Of a stretch of 50,000 nucleotides of DNA, positions 25,186 through 38,379 are shown one piece after another. The DNA is from Chiloscyllium plagiosum (taxonomy: Eukaryota). A program made the translations under genes and the position numbers. Numbering within the stretch: position 1 is the stretch's first letter; each line of letters opens with the position of its first letter. Under the pieces are notes generated by a model that saw only the letters and a program-made list of their open reading frames with translations, was not told the origin of the DNA and did no database searches. The stretch is from positions 1 to 50,000 of the forward strand of contig NW_025214736.1 of NCBI RefSeq assembly GCF_004010195.1, written 5' to 3'.

Positions 25186-27858
25186 CTGCAGAACAAAAGC
25201 ACTCATTTAATAATGTATTCTAGTTTTATTTAATATCCATTTTTATTATTTTCACCCAATTTTAATTAATTCTGCAATGAGCATCACATCATTTAAAAGT
25301 TTATATAGATTAATTGTTAGCACGACCATCAAAGGTTGAGGGTTCAAGGAAAGCAGGACATGAGCATGGAAATTAGACAAACATTCCTGCAGCAATTCAA
25401 CAGCACTGTCACTGAAAGTGAATTCTCTGAATGAGAAGTTATGTAGATATCCCATCTCCTTGTTCAGGTGCACATTAAAGTTCCCACAGCTCCTACCCAA
25501 GGGCAGTAAGTTCTCCAACATTACCTTATGAAAAAAAAACCATTGTTCATTGCTTGTGATCGAAATAAAATATCTTCTGAATTGTCCACTATTTGTATCA
25601 AATTGTCTCCAATTTACAGACATCTGACTTACGAATCCTACACCTATGACCATGATCTCATACAGGGTATAATTTTAAAGATCTGACATACAAACATTTC
25701 CTGTAATCATGAGCAGCTATTTTATATTGTCCTGCATTGTACTCAGACTTAAGTAGAAACAGACTTGTGAATGAACTCAAGAACAGAACCAGTTCACAAC
25801 CCAGAGGTTTCCTGTACCCAGAACGAACATAACACATGCCTTTCTCATTGTACCAGCTGACTACTTCAGCAAGATTGAATTGAGTGTATCAGGAGGACAA
25901 AAAGCTTTGTGGCAATCATTAGTGCAATATTTAAGTGGAACAATGCTTCACTGTTATCAAGAATTGAAAATTGATAAGAATCAGAACGTAGCCATTTCAA
26001 CTGCTTTTCAAAGTAGTGTAATACATGCACAATGTCATGTGTAAAAAGGGTTAACTCAAAGACAGTTGCAATTGCAGAATGGAAACATTTACTACCACAT
26101 ACTTTAGAAAAGATCAGAACTAAATATTACCAAATCGAGTACCTTAAAGTCCATGACCTTACAACTTCATCTATGAAAAGAAGAAAGTGCCCTATAATTT
26201 ATTGTGGCTTTTTGCTTTTATCGTTTAAATACACCAACATTCAATAAGAACATGTCTACATCTTACTTTCACCTCAGAAACATGTTTTTTTCTGACAGAT
26301 GAAACATTCACCATGATTAAGTCATTATACTGTAGGTTACAAAATTTATTATTTTTAAGAAAGAAAAGGACCTCTGGCATTTGGAAAGCGAGACTTTTTA
26401 GCTTCATAGAAACAAAATGTTGTTCCATCATTTTCTCATTTTAGAGTATTCTATTTCCATTGAGAATGGTCAGTGGTGTTCAGTAAAATGACAGCACCAA
26501 TTAAGTTTAGCATTGACAGCATCATCCATGCTTCATACCCTCAATTTGGAAACATTTTGTGCAGAAACAATCAGGCTTACTAAAAGAAATACTCCAGAGT
26601 ATTTCAAATTTTGTAATAAAATCAGTAAGTTGTATATAATAAAAAATATTTTTACAGTTTTCTAAAGATGTATTATATTTTGCAATAACTGTTTTACAAT
26701 AATCCTACTAATCGCTATTCAAAACTTCTTTAGATCACTTACTCTTTTTACTGGATGTATCAAGAAAATGTGTAGACAGTCCCAAAATTCTCATTTGCAA
26801 AATAAATTAGTGTAAGTGAATGGATACAATTTATGAATTCTCTACAGTATTTTAATCAATATTTTAAAAGACTAATTATCACATCAGATTAGAAATATTG
26901 TACCTGTTATTCAAAAATTACAATAAAAATTGACATTGTTCATCTTCCACCCACAATCAGCAACAGCAAATGGAAACTCCTAGTTATCAGTGTTATTTAA
27001 GCTAGCAGCAAATTTACAACTGCCAATTGTAGAGAAAGAAGTCAATCTTCCATCAAATGGTTGAACCTCAATTGACACAATCAGCAGCTAATCAAAAGTA
27101 AATATGCATGTTTTCAACAATCACTTATGGTGGCTTGCTTTACATTTGGTATTGTAAAAAAATGCAGTGTTGAACTTCTTGTGTTCTGTCTGTTGGCTCC
27201 ACTTTTAGTTGAGTTTTACCAATTATTCCAGACTTAGAAAATGAAATACACTGGACAGATTAATGAGACTAAAGTTCAATAGATCAACTCATGGCTTGTT
27301 TTGGATGAATAGACTCACACTCTTGAGGGAATCTGAAGCAATTTCTACAGCAAGAAAAAAAACTATCCCAAATTACTGCTTTCACTTTAACCTGAAATGA
27401 TCAGTATGTTATTGCAGGTTGGGTGAACAGAGCAGTGAGAAGACATTGAAATAGCAGAGCAGGAATAGGGAACCTCTCAGCCCCGATTTCAAATCTGAAC
27501 CAGGAAAACACCAATAACAGATATCAAATTTTGCAGTGGTGTCGTGCAGTAGGATTAGGAATGAATAGGACAGCAGGGTTCCCTGGAGTGCCAGTATTAT
27601 GACCAGGTCCCAGGAAAGGTTCACCAATTTGTTACAGTTCCGTGCAGCTTACTCCTAATTCTAAAGTCCTTGTGAGGAATGAACTGATTGCTTTTCTTCA
27701 CTCACCTTCAACAACATCCCCACCCCACTTCATCCTCAACTGGTTGCAATGAGGTTGATTTACAAATTGTATATGCCTTTCTCATAGATCAAATGAGTTT
27801 TTATTTTAAAAGGAGTCATTTAACCCAGTTTTCTTGCATAAACAAAAGTCATAAAATC

Positions 27859-28180
27859 CCTACAGTGTGGAAACAGGCCATTTGGCCCAACAAGTCCACA
27901 TCAACCCTCCAAAGACTCATCCCCTGACCCTATTACTCTACATTTCCTCTGACTAATGCACCAACCCTACACATCTCTGAACATTACGGACAATTTAGCA
28001 TGGCCAATTCACCTAACCTGCATATCTTTGGACTGTGAGAGGAAACTGGACCACCTGGAGGAAAGCCACGCAGACACGGGGAGAATGTGCGAACTCCACG
28101 TAGGCAGTCACCTGAGGCTGAAATCGAACCTGGGTCCCTGGTCCTGTGAGGCAGCAATGCTAATCTCTCAGCCACTATGC
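27859..28180 (-). mobile_element. HE1-type SINE
   Basis: Colinear with the 11490-11820 copy (acagtgtggaaacaggcc...cacgcagacacggggagaa...gaggcagca.tgcta). Confidence 0.92.
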
Positions 28181-28182
28181 TG

Positions 28183-28535
28183 ATAGAGTCCTACACCAAC
28201 GGAAGCAGACCCTTTGATCCAAGACAACAATAATCCCAAGCTATACACCTGCCTCCTCCTGACCCATATCCCTCCAAACCTTTCCTATTCATGTACTTAT
28301 CCAAATGTCTTTTAAACATTGTAATTGTACTCACATCCACCACTTCCTCAGGAAATTCATTCCACACATTAACAACCCTCTGTGGTAAAAAATGTGCCCT
28401 TCATTTCTTTTTTAAAATCTATCTCCTCTCACCTTAATAGTGTGCCTCCTGGTCTTTAAGTCCCCCATCCGAGGGGAAAGACAGCTACAAATAACTCTGT
28501 CTATACCCCTCACTATTTCCTAACCTCTATAAGAT
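28183..28535 (-). mobile_element. CR1/HER1 3' fragment
   Basis: cccatatccctccaaacctttcctattcatgtac...aattgtac...cattccac is colinear with the 1735-2436 copy. Confidence 0.85.
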
Positions 28536-28559
28536 TTACAAAACATGCCTCTGACCCTG

Positions 28560-29440
28560 ACATTTCTCCCCATCACGTTCACAATTTGAAATAATTCCCA
28601 GGATATTACAATTTAGTTTTTGTGCATTTCTCTCTTTGAAGTCCATCTGCTTGAAGCTTCCCAGACACCTCACCATGTGTGACATTCCAGGATCTCTCCC
28701 TCAAGACGGTCAGTAAATCTACAGCCACAGTTGCTGTTTGGCTACATTTCCTTTTGTTCAAAAAGTAATGTTGCAATTAAAAATTCAACATACTCATAAG
28801 TACTTAGGGGTTCTGATCTGTCATCACAACAATCAGGGCTACACTTGATAACAGGAAATGTCAGTACATAAACGGATGAGTGGAGGTGGGAAGTGGCCAT
28901 CATTAAGGATAACTGCATTGCCCACATGTAGGCTGAGGCTAGGTTCAACAAAGGAATGGAAAGTTGGGATGGGGAGGCTGCATCGTTTGAAATCATATTG
29001 AACCAGTGTCTCGCAAGAAGGCTGGTATTCTCTACGCTGTCTTTACATCCTGTATTCGACCCTTCCACTGAGGACCAGAGTGCTTAAATGAGAGGGAAAG
29101 TGATAGATCAGTTCAGTCACATTGATTGTAGGGGCAACAATGAGAGAAGGACCAGCCTCATTATGGTACAAGGTGATATGAATAGGAGGGTGTATTGGAC
29201 TACAAATGTAGAATAATAGTCACAGAACACAATAGCCATCTGAAAGGTTTAAGTGCAGAGGTTTAACTTCATGGAACTTCAGAGCACCGTTCACTCTGAA
29301 ACCTGCATCTGACCAGACAGGTGATGATAGAGCTGTATTCAAAATTGGAAGAGTTGTTTAGGCCAATGGGGTATTATGGCCACCCATCACCGATGGGGTG
29401 AAGGTGTTCATGATGTTTCACTTTTATACCACATACCCTT
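28560..29440 (-). mobile_element. Old Penelope-like element fragment
   Basis: The reverse complement shows decayed similarity to the RT C-terminal region of the 47760-50000 element (aacaccttcacccc, gtccaatacaccctcc, gaatacaggatgtaaagac...ccttcttgcgagaca). Confidence 0.45.
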
Positions 29441-29624
29441 TCTAAAGTTCTTTTTGAGACATCTATAAGATCTATGGACTAGAGGCAATGGAGTACATCA
29501 GGTATTGCACCTATTAGGCCATACCTATCATCACCATTAAATTCAATCCAATGAAGGAAATCAAGCCAATCAGGATAGTTTCAAATTGCTTTTAAGCAAA
29601 AAATCAAAACAGAGCTAATAGTGA

Positions 29625-29965
29625 GATGATGCTAATGTGGAATTTCAAAGGATTAGGCTAATGTTCTAGGACCACAGCTTGAAATCCTACCTTGATAGAT
29701 GCTAGAATTTGAATTCACTTCATTAATCTGGACTATGAACTTGGTCTCAGTGATGGTTAACTTTGCAAATAACATTGATTATTAGAAAATCCTACCTCAT
29801 ACAGGAAAGTAAATGTGCCATCCTTATCTCCCAGCCCACAGCAAAATGGCTTATTCTTAACTGCCCTCTGAAATGGCCCAGCAAACCAGTCTGCTTAAGG
29901 GTACTTAGGGATTGGCAATATCCTGCTATTGAAGCCCACATTTAATGAAAGAATAAATTAAATAA
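29625..29965 (+). mobile_element. tRNA-derived shark SINE (family B)
   Basis: ttgaaatcctacc...agaatttgaattca...tgccatccttatc...ttcttaactgccctctgaaatggcc...gcccacat, related to 7620-7950. Confidence 0.65.
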
Positions 29966-30084
29966 AATATGCCATGTTTCTAACAGCGTCTTTCTGTATT
30001 ATAAATGTCTGTAGTTTTACTGTGACAAATTGAAAATATATTAATACTGTGTCTGTTCAAGCAGTTTTATTTATTACAAACATA

Positions 30085-30180
30085 CAGGATGCCAGAGAAA
30101 CTTAGTAGCTCTGGCAGATTCTGTGAAGAGAGAGACCAAGTTAATATTTCAAGTTCAAAATAACTCTTCTTCACAACTTG
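30085..30180 (-). mobile_element. Short Penelope-tail-derived repeat
   Basis: The reverse complement reads gttgtgaagaagagtt...gaaatattaac...ctctctcttcacaga.tctgccaga, the same family as 10697-10800. Confidence 0.55.
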
Positions 30181-30516
30181 AGAGTTTTTAAAATTGCTGT
30201 TTTATTTGATGACTGGCAGAGATTTATTACAAGAGTATAAGTTTGTTTTCTGATATTGTTCATTGAAATGTATTTAACCTACTTCTTATTTTCCCAACGA
30301 AATGGATTATCATAGTGATCTTCACTTACCTATCTAAAATCTGTAAGTTATTTGTCTATGCAAATCCATGACTTTGTATAACAACTCTCAGCACTGACTT
30401 AACATTTGTAAAAATGTAGTCAGCTATTATTTGTCTCATGTTTAAGACAATACTGGACATCGAAGCACCTTTAAATTCAGAAACATTAGCATCAACATTA
30501 ACAGTTCAGAACTTAC

Positions 30517-30694
30517 CTTCTGTTTCAGATAAGCTATTATCATTGCCAGCTAATAAGTTTGCAAGATCCCCATGTTCAGTCTTGTGTAGTATCCCCAAAA
30601 ATGTGGAGAACCAACCAGGAGGTTTCATAATTAATCTACTCAATAATTTCCGGGCTCCTGCTCTGTTTCCATTTTGTTTAGTTTCACTCATAAT
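30517..30694 (-). CDS. IFIH1: MDA5 exon 2 (second half of CARD2), 178 nt
   Basis: Acceptor cttgtctttcag|ATT and donor GAAG|gtaagt (phase 0 to 1). IMSETKQNGNRAGARKLLSRLIMKPPGWFSTFLGILHKTEHGDLANLLAG matches human [48 protein letters not shown]. Confidence 0.95.
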
Positions 30695-32619
30695 CTGAAA
30701 GACAAGTTTAGATTAGAATTAAAAAGGTTGTCACAGTATATATCAGTTTACATTTACATTTTTTATTCAGATTCTTTGGTGATATTAATTGAATGATTGC
30801 TAATAGCATGAATCATACCACTGAATCTTTATCATTTTCCTAAAGCAGGTGAGGTAAAATTTAATGTCATGTCCAAAGGCATTTAAGAAAACAGGTCTCA
30901 TCTGACACTATGCTGACAAACCAACAAGGATCACATGGTCAAATTCCTAGAAAACGTTTGAATCAACTGAACCAAGCCAACTGCATAATTATTGGACAGA
31001 ATATCTCCTCCTTGGTGTGGCACGAGCAATCGCATAAAGGATGGAAAAATTTGGTAAAATGAAATAACCAGAATCACAACAGAGAAAACAAACGTACTAG
31101 TTTTCTCTCAAGCTTAAAATGGCAACTTCAAGATTGTGCCGTGGTGTGATGATGGCCTTGTTATCATGTATTTGAATCTCATTAAAGTACCAACTTATCT
31201 TCGAGTTGTCTTCTTCTCTCTTCATTCCATGACATGTAAATCAGAGTAGGTACCTACTGGCTGTAGCTCACTAAAGGCAGTCATGACATTAACCAACTCC
31301 ATCTTCTGAACAATGTCCCAGGTCACCATCCACCTTGAACTTTTGTCCACACAAGTTGGAAGTGGTAAACCATGAACCTCACTCCATCACCATGCTTGCT
31401 GTTGCACCAATTCACACACTACTTCAACCCTTCAACACTTTAATTTGGACCTCAGGTACAACTATGAGTTGCATGCTATTTCCAGGTTTCTTTGTATTGA
31501 GAAACACACATGCTTTTCATATATCTGCATCAGGGTGGATGTTATGGCTCTTAGCTTGTTTTCTTAGCTTTCCTACTCACTTTTCTGTTAGTGGGAGGCT
31601 GTCAGCATCTACCTACTTCACATTTCTTTTTAGCATACAGAAGTGTTTGTGTTTAGTTACAGGATATCAGTCTTTGACGCTTGCATTGCTTTTTTTTTCA
31701 ACAAACAGGGTCTTCTATTCTATGATGCAGGCTGCCAGCTTCTGTGGCTGGCATTGCTTTATAGCGCAGGGTGAGTGGCAGACAATTCATTATGCTGAGA
31801 AACAGTGAGCAGTCAAGGGAGTGGCCATTTTGCTGTGCAGCTCTGTGCTATAACAATGGCACATCAGCAGCACATACCAGTAGTTTTCACACAACACTTC
31901 ATGTGGTCCAAGAAAATGAAAATCAAAGGGAGTAATTCATGACGAGATGGCAGGTCTCTACAGAGAGCTAGAGGGTATAATCACAGTCAATTAAGGGGTT
32001 CAACAGAAATGGGGGAGGCTGAAAAGTCATAGAGGCCACAGTGACAACAACACAAGGGAAGCATGCAGAATGGGGAAAGTTCATGTGTCACAGAAGGCTT
32101 GCAAGTCACTGACTTGGATATAAAGTTTGAACCTCACCATGTTTGTCGGAATGCCAAATGTGCAATTGCCGATACAAAATTGCTGACACAACGGGCAAAG
32201 GGGGTAGAGTAAGTTATTGTCTTTTTTTAAGGAACGTGAGGTCCTGCTAGATGTAAATGCAGTAATTGGGACTTCACTGATTCTGCAATTGCATCCATCT
32301 GGCTTCAATCTGCACTTCACTGGTAGGGCACTCTCGGACATAGTCCAAGAATTCTCAATAAGACTTATGGCCAAACAATCATCACTATTATATTTTATGC
32401 ACTAATTGCTTCCTTGTCATGTCAGTGAAGCAAATGTAGTCAGACGAAGGCAGTTAAAGCAGTTCTTGTGGTTTTCATTTCACAATCATATTCCATAGAT
32501 ATTTAGCAGCTGCCACATTTGTACACTGAGCTGTAAGTATGTAAGTATGTAACAGCATGGTCTGTGATGCAGAATAGAGCCTTTCCTTGGAGGGTTGGAT
32601 AATTGTGGTGGCTTACCTA

Positions 32620-34920
32620 TAGAATTTTACTCCCCCATATTGGTTGCTTATTGCATGTTTGGATAAGAATGACACACCTCAGAGCTCCTTACTGAGCCAT
32701 TATTATTAGCTCCTTTCAAAGCTTCCATGCCACACTGGGTAAGCTTCATTGTGATAGATGTGAGGGCTCAGGAGATCCTTCAATAAAATTGTGTTATCTT
32801 TCTAACATTCAACACAGATTAGCTGCTCATGCTTCTGACATGAAAAATGCTGTGGCTTGAGTCTTTGTGACCTTGGTGCAGCTTGCATGATAATGGAGGA
32901 GGCGATAGTAATTACAACAGCATCAACAGGAACAGCTGTCCCCTGTACAGCCACCAGAGGGTGCAGCAGCTGATGATGATCTACCAAGGAGGCAGAGGGC
33001 AATGATGAGAACAAAAATCAAGATGCCTCGCTGTCTTTCTCTCCAATTGTCTAAAAGACAGTGTAGTTGCTGGATAAGGATCTCTTGGCTTATCATTACC
33101 GAGGAGTTTTTTGAGGAGTAGGAACTGAACTCAGAGGGATAGGGTGGCAAGCAAACTCTTCCTGGTCGATGTCAAGGTCACAGCTGTCTTGAAAGATTTT
33201 AGGTCTGCAGTTTGTATCAATTACAAATGGGGATCTTTGTGGCAAAAGCAGGGGCTGGGTGCCCCTGCAGTGTCCCGAGAAGGGCGATCCTGTGTGTGGC
33301 AGTTCCTCTATATGAGTGCCTGCTGGCACCACCCTGTCTCCCTGAAAAGAAGCTGGACCTGGAGTGAGATAAAGATCCGTGGTCACCCTCTCAATTTGCC
33401 ATTGAGGCTGAGTGTCCATGACTACAGTGATAGAGTGCAGACCTCTGCGCATAACCTGCAGACACTGAGTGTGCTGGACCTGGTTTTCAATGATAGACTC
33501 CTCCATCCTTCATCCATGACAAACTTCTGGCAAACCCATCTGTTGCTCCTGTGCCTGTCTGTGCATTTTGACAACGTCATTAATGCCTAAGACCATGGCA
33601 CGAGCTGGTGCCTAATCTCTGGCAGTCATACATATGTCAAAGATCTGGGGTTTTTCTTCCTTGACCATGTTAGTGGTGTGCTCCCCAGAGTTTTGTTCAC
33701 AAGTCTATTCTAGATACAGAGGTAAAGGTCTCTGAGCTAGTAGAAGTGTAGGTGAAAGCCTTGCCTGTGCATCCTGTAAGAGTTCAGTGTCTTCCTTCGC
33801 CAAGGTGGAGGTGGAGTTAAGAATCTCTGATATTGGTCTCTTCTGGGTGGGGATTGGATGTGTGTTGCCAGTGCCTCAGTGAAAGAAGAAAAGGAAGCAG
33901 CTGTTTAAGGGGGATTAAGGCTGTGCAGACTGAAAATGAATTTGCACTGCTCGTAATGGGAGAACAGTACAGCATTGGAAAATGGTTCTTACTGGGTTGG
34001 TTGGATATTGAGGCCTCCCCTTCTTGACCTGGTTGTAGGCCAACATTTCCTGCAGTGAAAGAGTTGGACCAAGTACAACGTATGTGGATTGAAGAGCAGT
34101 TAGTGATGATACTGGAGAAGTCGAGGTGATGAGTTGTCACCAGTAAGTGAGGTAAAGAAGCAAAAAGGAAAGGAAGGCTTAGTAGTTTGGGAAGATGAGG
34201 GAGGTGAGAGCCACTGAATCAACACTATTCATGTAATAATGATGGTAGTAGTCCATGTGTCTGGGTGAGAGGTGTGCAGTGCCAGAAGTGGCCCTGAAAT
34301 TGTGAGGTGGCATAAAGAAGACTGTTGCACACACCCTTGCAGATTTCTGCACTGCTTGACATTCTGCTTCACCCAGGGCATCGTACTGGTCCAAATGGTC
34401 ATTTGGGCCGAGGCTGGTTGGTGTGATGGCACGACCTTCGATGGTAATCTGCAGGTATTGGACTGCCCTCTCCAATCACCAGCACCTCCAGTTCACTCTC
34501 CTGAAGCAGGAACTTTCTTTTCTTCTCGATGATAAAAATCCTGCAGGACGGTGTGAGTGCCACTTGTTGGCTTGTCACAATTGAAGTGGTGTGCAACTAA
34601 GTTTGAATATGACATCTTCAACATATATGCAAGAAGGTTCTGGCAATGGTGAACATTTCTGCCTCTTCAGCAGCATGATTCTTTGAGAAAACATCCTGGT
34701 TGCAAAACTAATGAGGTGAAGACTGTAACATTCCATGAGATACATTGCTCTCAGTCACTGCGGACTGGATCGCTAGGCTCTTCATGTCTGTGTCCACTTC
34801 CTACTTCCAACTATCACATTTTGTCAAGATGTTTCCCTTCTAAGTATATCAGTATGTCCGAATTCATAATGAAAACTAATAATTATGAGTCCTGATGTAA
34901 TTGCAGAACTTGACCACTTG
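32620..34920. mobile_element. PIF/Harbinger fossil with convergent transposase (+) and Myb/SANT-like (-) remnants
   Basis: Plus strand 33022-33200 reads SLQLSKRQC..WIRIS...ITE and VDVKVTAVLKDF (HARBI1-like N-terminus). Minus strand 34230-34520 reads IW..........KQCRN (trihelix/MSANTD-like), followed by a coiled-coil-like piece at 33096-33506. Confidence 0.55.
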
Positions 34921-35429
34921 GTGACACTGTACTATCTTTTCCTGCGATCACTCAAACACATTGAAAATATTTGATCCACAAGATATTTATTCCATCACAG
35001 AAATTTATGCTATAATATTACCATATTACAGCAAAACTATCAAATTGAAGTATACATTTAATTTTCTTTTGTAGCCTTTGGAATGCTTGCACTAACATTT
35101 TTATTTGAAGGTCTCAGCCTTTCTTTTTGGTGATGTTAGTTGTGACTCCAGAAAATGATTTTAGGAAGTGCAGCCTGATTACGTGCATTGTACTTAATTT
35201 TCAAAATTCCAGTCTATTTAATTGAGATTTTCCTTAGTCGTCAGCAGATTTTAGGTCGTTACATGTTTCAAAACTATTTGAAGAAAACCTAGGAAGGCTA
35301 TTCCAAAAGCTTTATTTGGTTAACGTTCATCGTGAGTGCATTTTGATATAAGAACCATGTGTCAAAGCATAGAAGATGTACCAATCTCATACTTGTAACT
35401 TTTGTTTTGGGATCTCGTTTAGATAAAAT

Positions 35430-35812
35430 GCTAAACTGATGCCCTGCTAAGGTCGATGTAAAATAATCCATGACACTATTCTGAAGTCATGTGGACCTAA
35501 GTACTCTAGAACTCTCTCCACAGATGCTGCCAGATTTGCTGACTTTCTCCAACACTTTCTGATTTTATTTCAGAGCAGAGGAGTTCTCCTTGTTGTGCTG
35601 GCCAATGTTTACCCCTCAGTCAATATCATTAAAAGCAGATTTTCTGCTCATTATCACATAGATTGTTTGCAGGAGCTTGTAGTATGAAAATCAGACTAAT
35701 GGTCACACTTCAAATATTGACTGAACTTCACAAAAGTACTTCAGAGACTGCAAAGCACTTTGGGCTGTCCTGTGGTCATCAATGATACTTTGGAAAATAC
35801 AAGCCTTTCTTT
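35430..35812 (+). mobile_element. Deu-domain-like SINE interrupted by a Penelope-tail fragment (about 35511-35573)
   Basis: gatgtaaaa.atccatgacactatt...gagcagaggagttctcc..gtgctggccaatgtttacccctca...aaagtacttca..gactg.aaagcactttggg. Confidence 0.6.
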
Positions 35813-36019
35813 CTGCTGCTGTATAAAAACACCACAACAGTTCTGAAGGAATCTGCTGCACAAATGCATGACCCTTTCTTACCAGCTCTACATTGATAGA
35901 ATAAATCATATGTTGATAAAGCCTCCAGTTTCATTCAGTGTTCTTGGATTGCTACATATGTACAATCAATGGCAAGCTGTACTTGCAGGAATCAACCCAG
36001 AGATTTCTTTATGTTTTCA

Positions 36020-36340
36020 TGAGATGGAAATATCACTAGTGAGACCAGTATTTGACACCTACTTGCCTTCTAAGTCATTTCAAAGGAAAGTTAAGAGTCA
36101 TTGTTGTGGATGTGAACTCACATTTAGACCAGTCCAGATGTTTCCCTTCAGAAAGATAGTGCGAACCAAAAGTGGCTTTGCAATAATTGATGACAACATT
36201 ATGGTCACTGTGAGATTAGTTTTCAATTCCAGATTTACTTTTTGAATTTAAATTCGACCAGTTACCATAGTGGAATTTGAACTCATCTCCCAGAGTATTA
36301 ATCTGGGTTTAATTGACTTGCTAGTCCAGTGCCATTACTA
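36020..36340 (-). mobile_element. tRNA-derived shark SINE (family B)
   Basis: The reverse complement has gagttcaaattccactatgg...atttaaattca...atctggaatt...aacaatgactcttaact, related to the 7620 and 29625 copies. Confidence 0.65.
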
Positions 36341-36509
36341 TTTGCATTACATTGCCATCACTTATTGGTTTAGACTGTCACAGTTACATAAATTGATGAA
36401 TCAGTAATAGTTTTACTTAGATTTCGAGCACCAGATTTCCATTTGGCTGCGCTAGTCTATGTCGATATTTATATTCCATGCAAGCCTTCCCTAACATTAC
36501 TTCTTTTCT

Positions 36510-36682
36510 GAATTAATGGTGCTGGAAGAGCACAGTAGTTCAGGCAGCATCCAAGGAGCTTCGAAATCGACATTTTGGGCAAAAGCTCAAAGCTCCTTGG
36601 ATGCTGCCTGAACTGCTGTGCTCTTCCAGCACCACTAATCCAGAATCTGGTTTCCAGCATCTGCAGTCATTGTTTTTACCTT
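36510..36682. mobile_element. Penelope-tail mini-insertion with inverted repeat and 14-bp target-site duplication
   Basis: Arms 36512-36561 and 36590-36639 are reverse complements at 48/50. The sequence matches the tail at 49915-50000 and is flanked by attacttcttttct at 36496-36509 and 36683-36696. Confidence 0.9.
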
Positions 36683-38379
36683 ATTACTTCTTTTCTACCT
36701 ATTCGCTCATCCTCCTATGATGTTCTCTCTAGCTTCTCCATACATTAAACTATCCAATGTGCCAATGTGAATTCCACCTTTTCAGCACTCCAAGTAAAAA
36801 AGCTCTTCTTGAATTCCTACAGGATCTTCTAACCAGATCTAGAATTGGCAAGGTGAGGTCAAAGTGAAAATTTCCTTGGTGACCACAGTGAATGATACCA
36901 GCCCTAACCATACTGCTCTGTGGGTAAAGAATGCTAAAATGCAACTTATGAAGTGGCTTGCAATCTTGAGTGCACATCAAGGTCAAGAAATGAATGGATC
37001 GTCATAGTCCAATGTATGTTATTCATGGTAAAGAGCTGTACTGCAGTTAATGGTTTATTCATCATGAGGGGTGCACTGTGCTCACATATGTATTTCATTT
37101 TGATGCGTGTGCTGTGGGAATGTATGAGTTATTCATGGTGTGAGCACAGCGGCTACATGTTTTATTCATGGTAGAGGCTAACTGTGGCTACTTTTGTGTT
37201 ATTTATGCTTTGTGGCTCTGGTAAATTTATGATACATATGAAAGAGGAGGTCCGTCAATGCTTATATTAAATTGTCCCACTTCATCTGTTGCCCTCATCA
37301 ACTAACGTGAAATGATAAAGATAATGGAAGTGAAACTGTGAGGGAAAGTGCATGTCTGGGTGGGCTGGAGATGCTGGTGACAATACATTGCTCCTATATC
37401 CCACTCAAAATACAGACTGCAGGAACTGTGGCTTCCTTACACATCTCCCAATTCCCTCCAAAAAGGTAAGAAGACAGTGAAAGAAGCAAATGTAGAAGGC
37501 TCAAAAAAAAGAGCAGGAAAAAGATAGATAGAAACAAAAGAGCAGAAACAGAGCAAAGCAGCAACATTAACACAATAGAAACCAGGAAGGAAGAACATGA
37601 TTTCGGATTTATTACATCTTACATCCTTTTCACCAGCCTGTCTATCTCTTTTTGATCACTATCATTAGTATTCCCATAGATCCTCAAATAGTGACTCCTG
37701 GAGAACACTGTATTCCTTGCTAAATATTCCCCCGGTCTCAAATAATCATTCAATACTGCTCTCTATTTCTTCTCTTAAAACTCACTGCTGAACTTCCTTA
37801 ATTAATCACAATCGATTTCCTGGATGGTGGGGTTTCCTAGCAATGTCACCTGAAGAGACAGTGGGGAATGTATCTCCACAGAGCACAGTGGTCTGGCAGC
37901 CATTGAACACACCGAGGAGTATTAAACAGGACATCTGCACAATATTTGGCTGAAAGTCATACTTCAGGCATCTCCCAAAATGAAAAATCAGGAAAACGTG
38001 AATGACACATACTGATTTGACTTGGCTTGTATCCCAGAAAATGGAACTGTAGTACAATCAGTACCTTCGTTTTCCAAGTAACGCTGTTTGTTTTTCACAT
38101 TTTATTTCCTCTCTGCATTGTCAGCTCTTCAAATTTACTGACAGTTTTGTTGTCCGAGCAACATCAGTGACAACATTGGCAAGAGCTGTGACTACAAGCC
38201 GGCGGCCTGGAATCCTATTCCAGATATGTGCAGAGTGAGGCACATAAAAGGGGAGGTTCGCACAGTGTGAATGTAGGAGGTTCTTACTGGAGATGCTTGT
38301 TGGGAGGTGGGGAAAGAGGTAAATGGGTTGGGGGGGGGGGGGGGGTTGTGAGTGGAAGGGCACCTATGTGAACAAACTT

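Noticed and set aside
31850..31930. Minus-strand ITPFDF..FLDHMK resembling the Tc1/mariner SPDL.P.DF motif
   Set aside because: It needs a frameshift and has no supporting motifs in the right order or TIRs.
38302..38345. G16 run with nearby G-tracts (also runs near 8073-8088 and 16215-16231) as G-quadruplex elements
   Set aside because: They are simple homopolymers with error-prone lengths and no contextual support.
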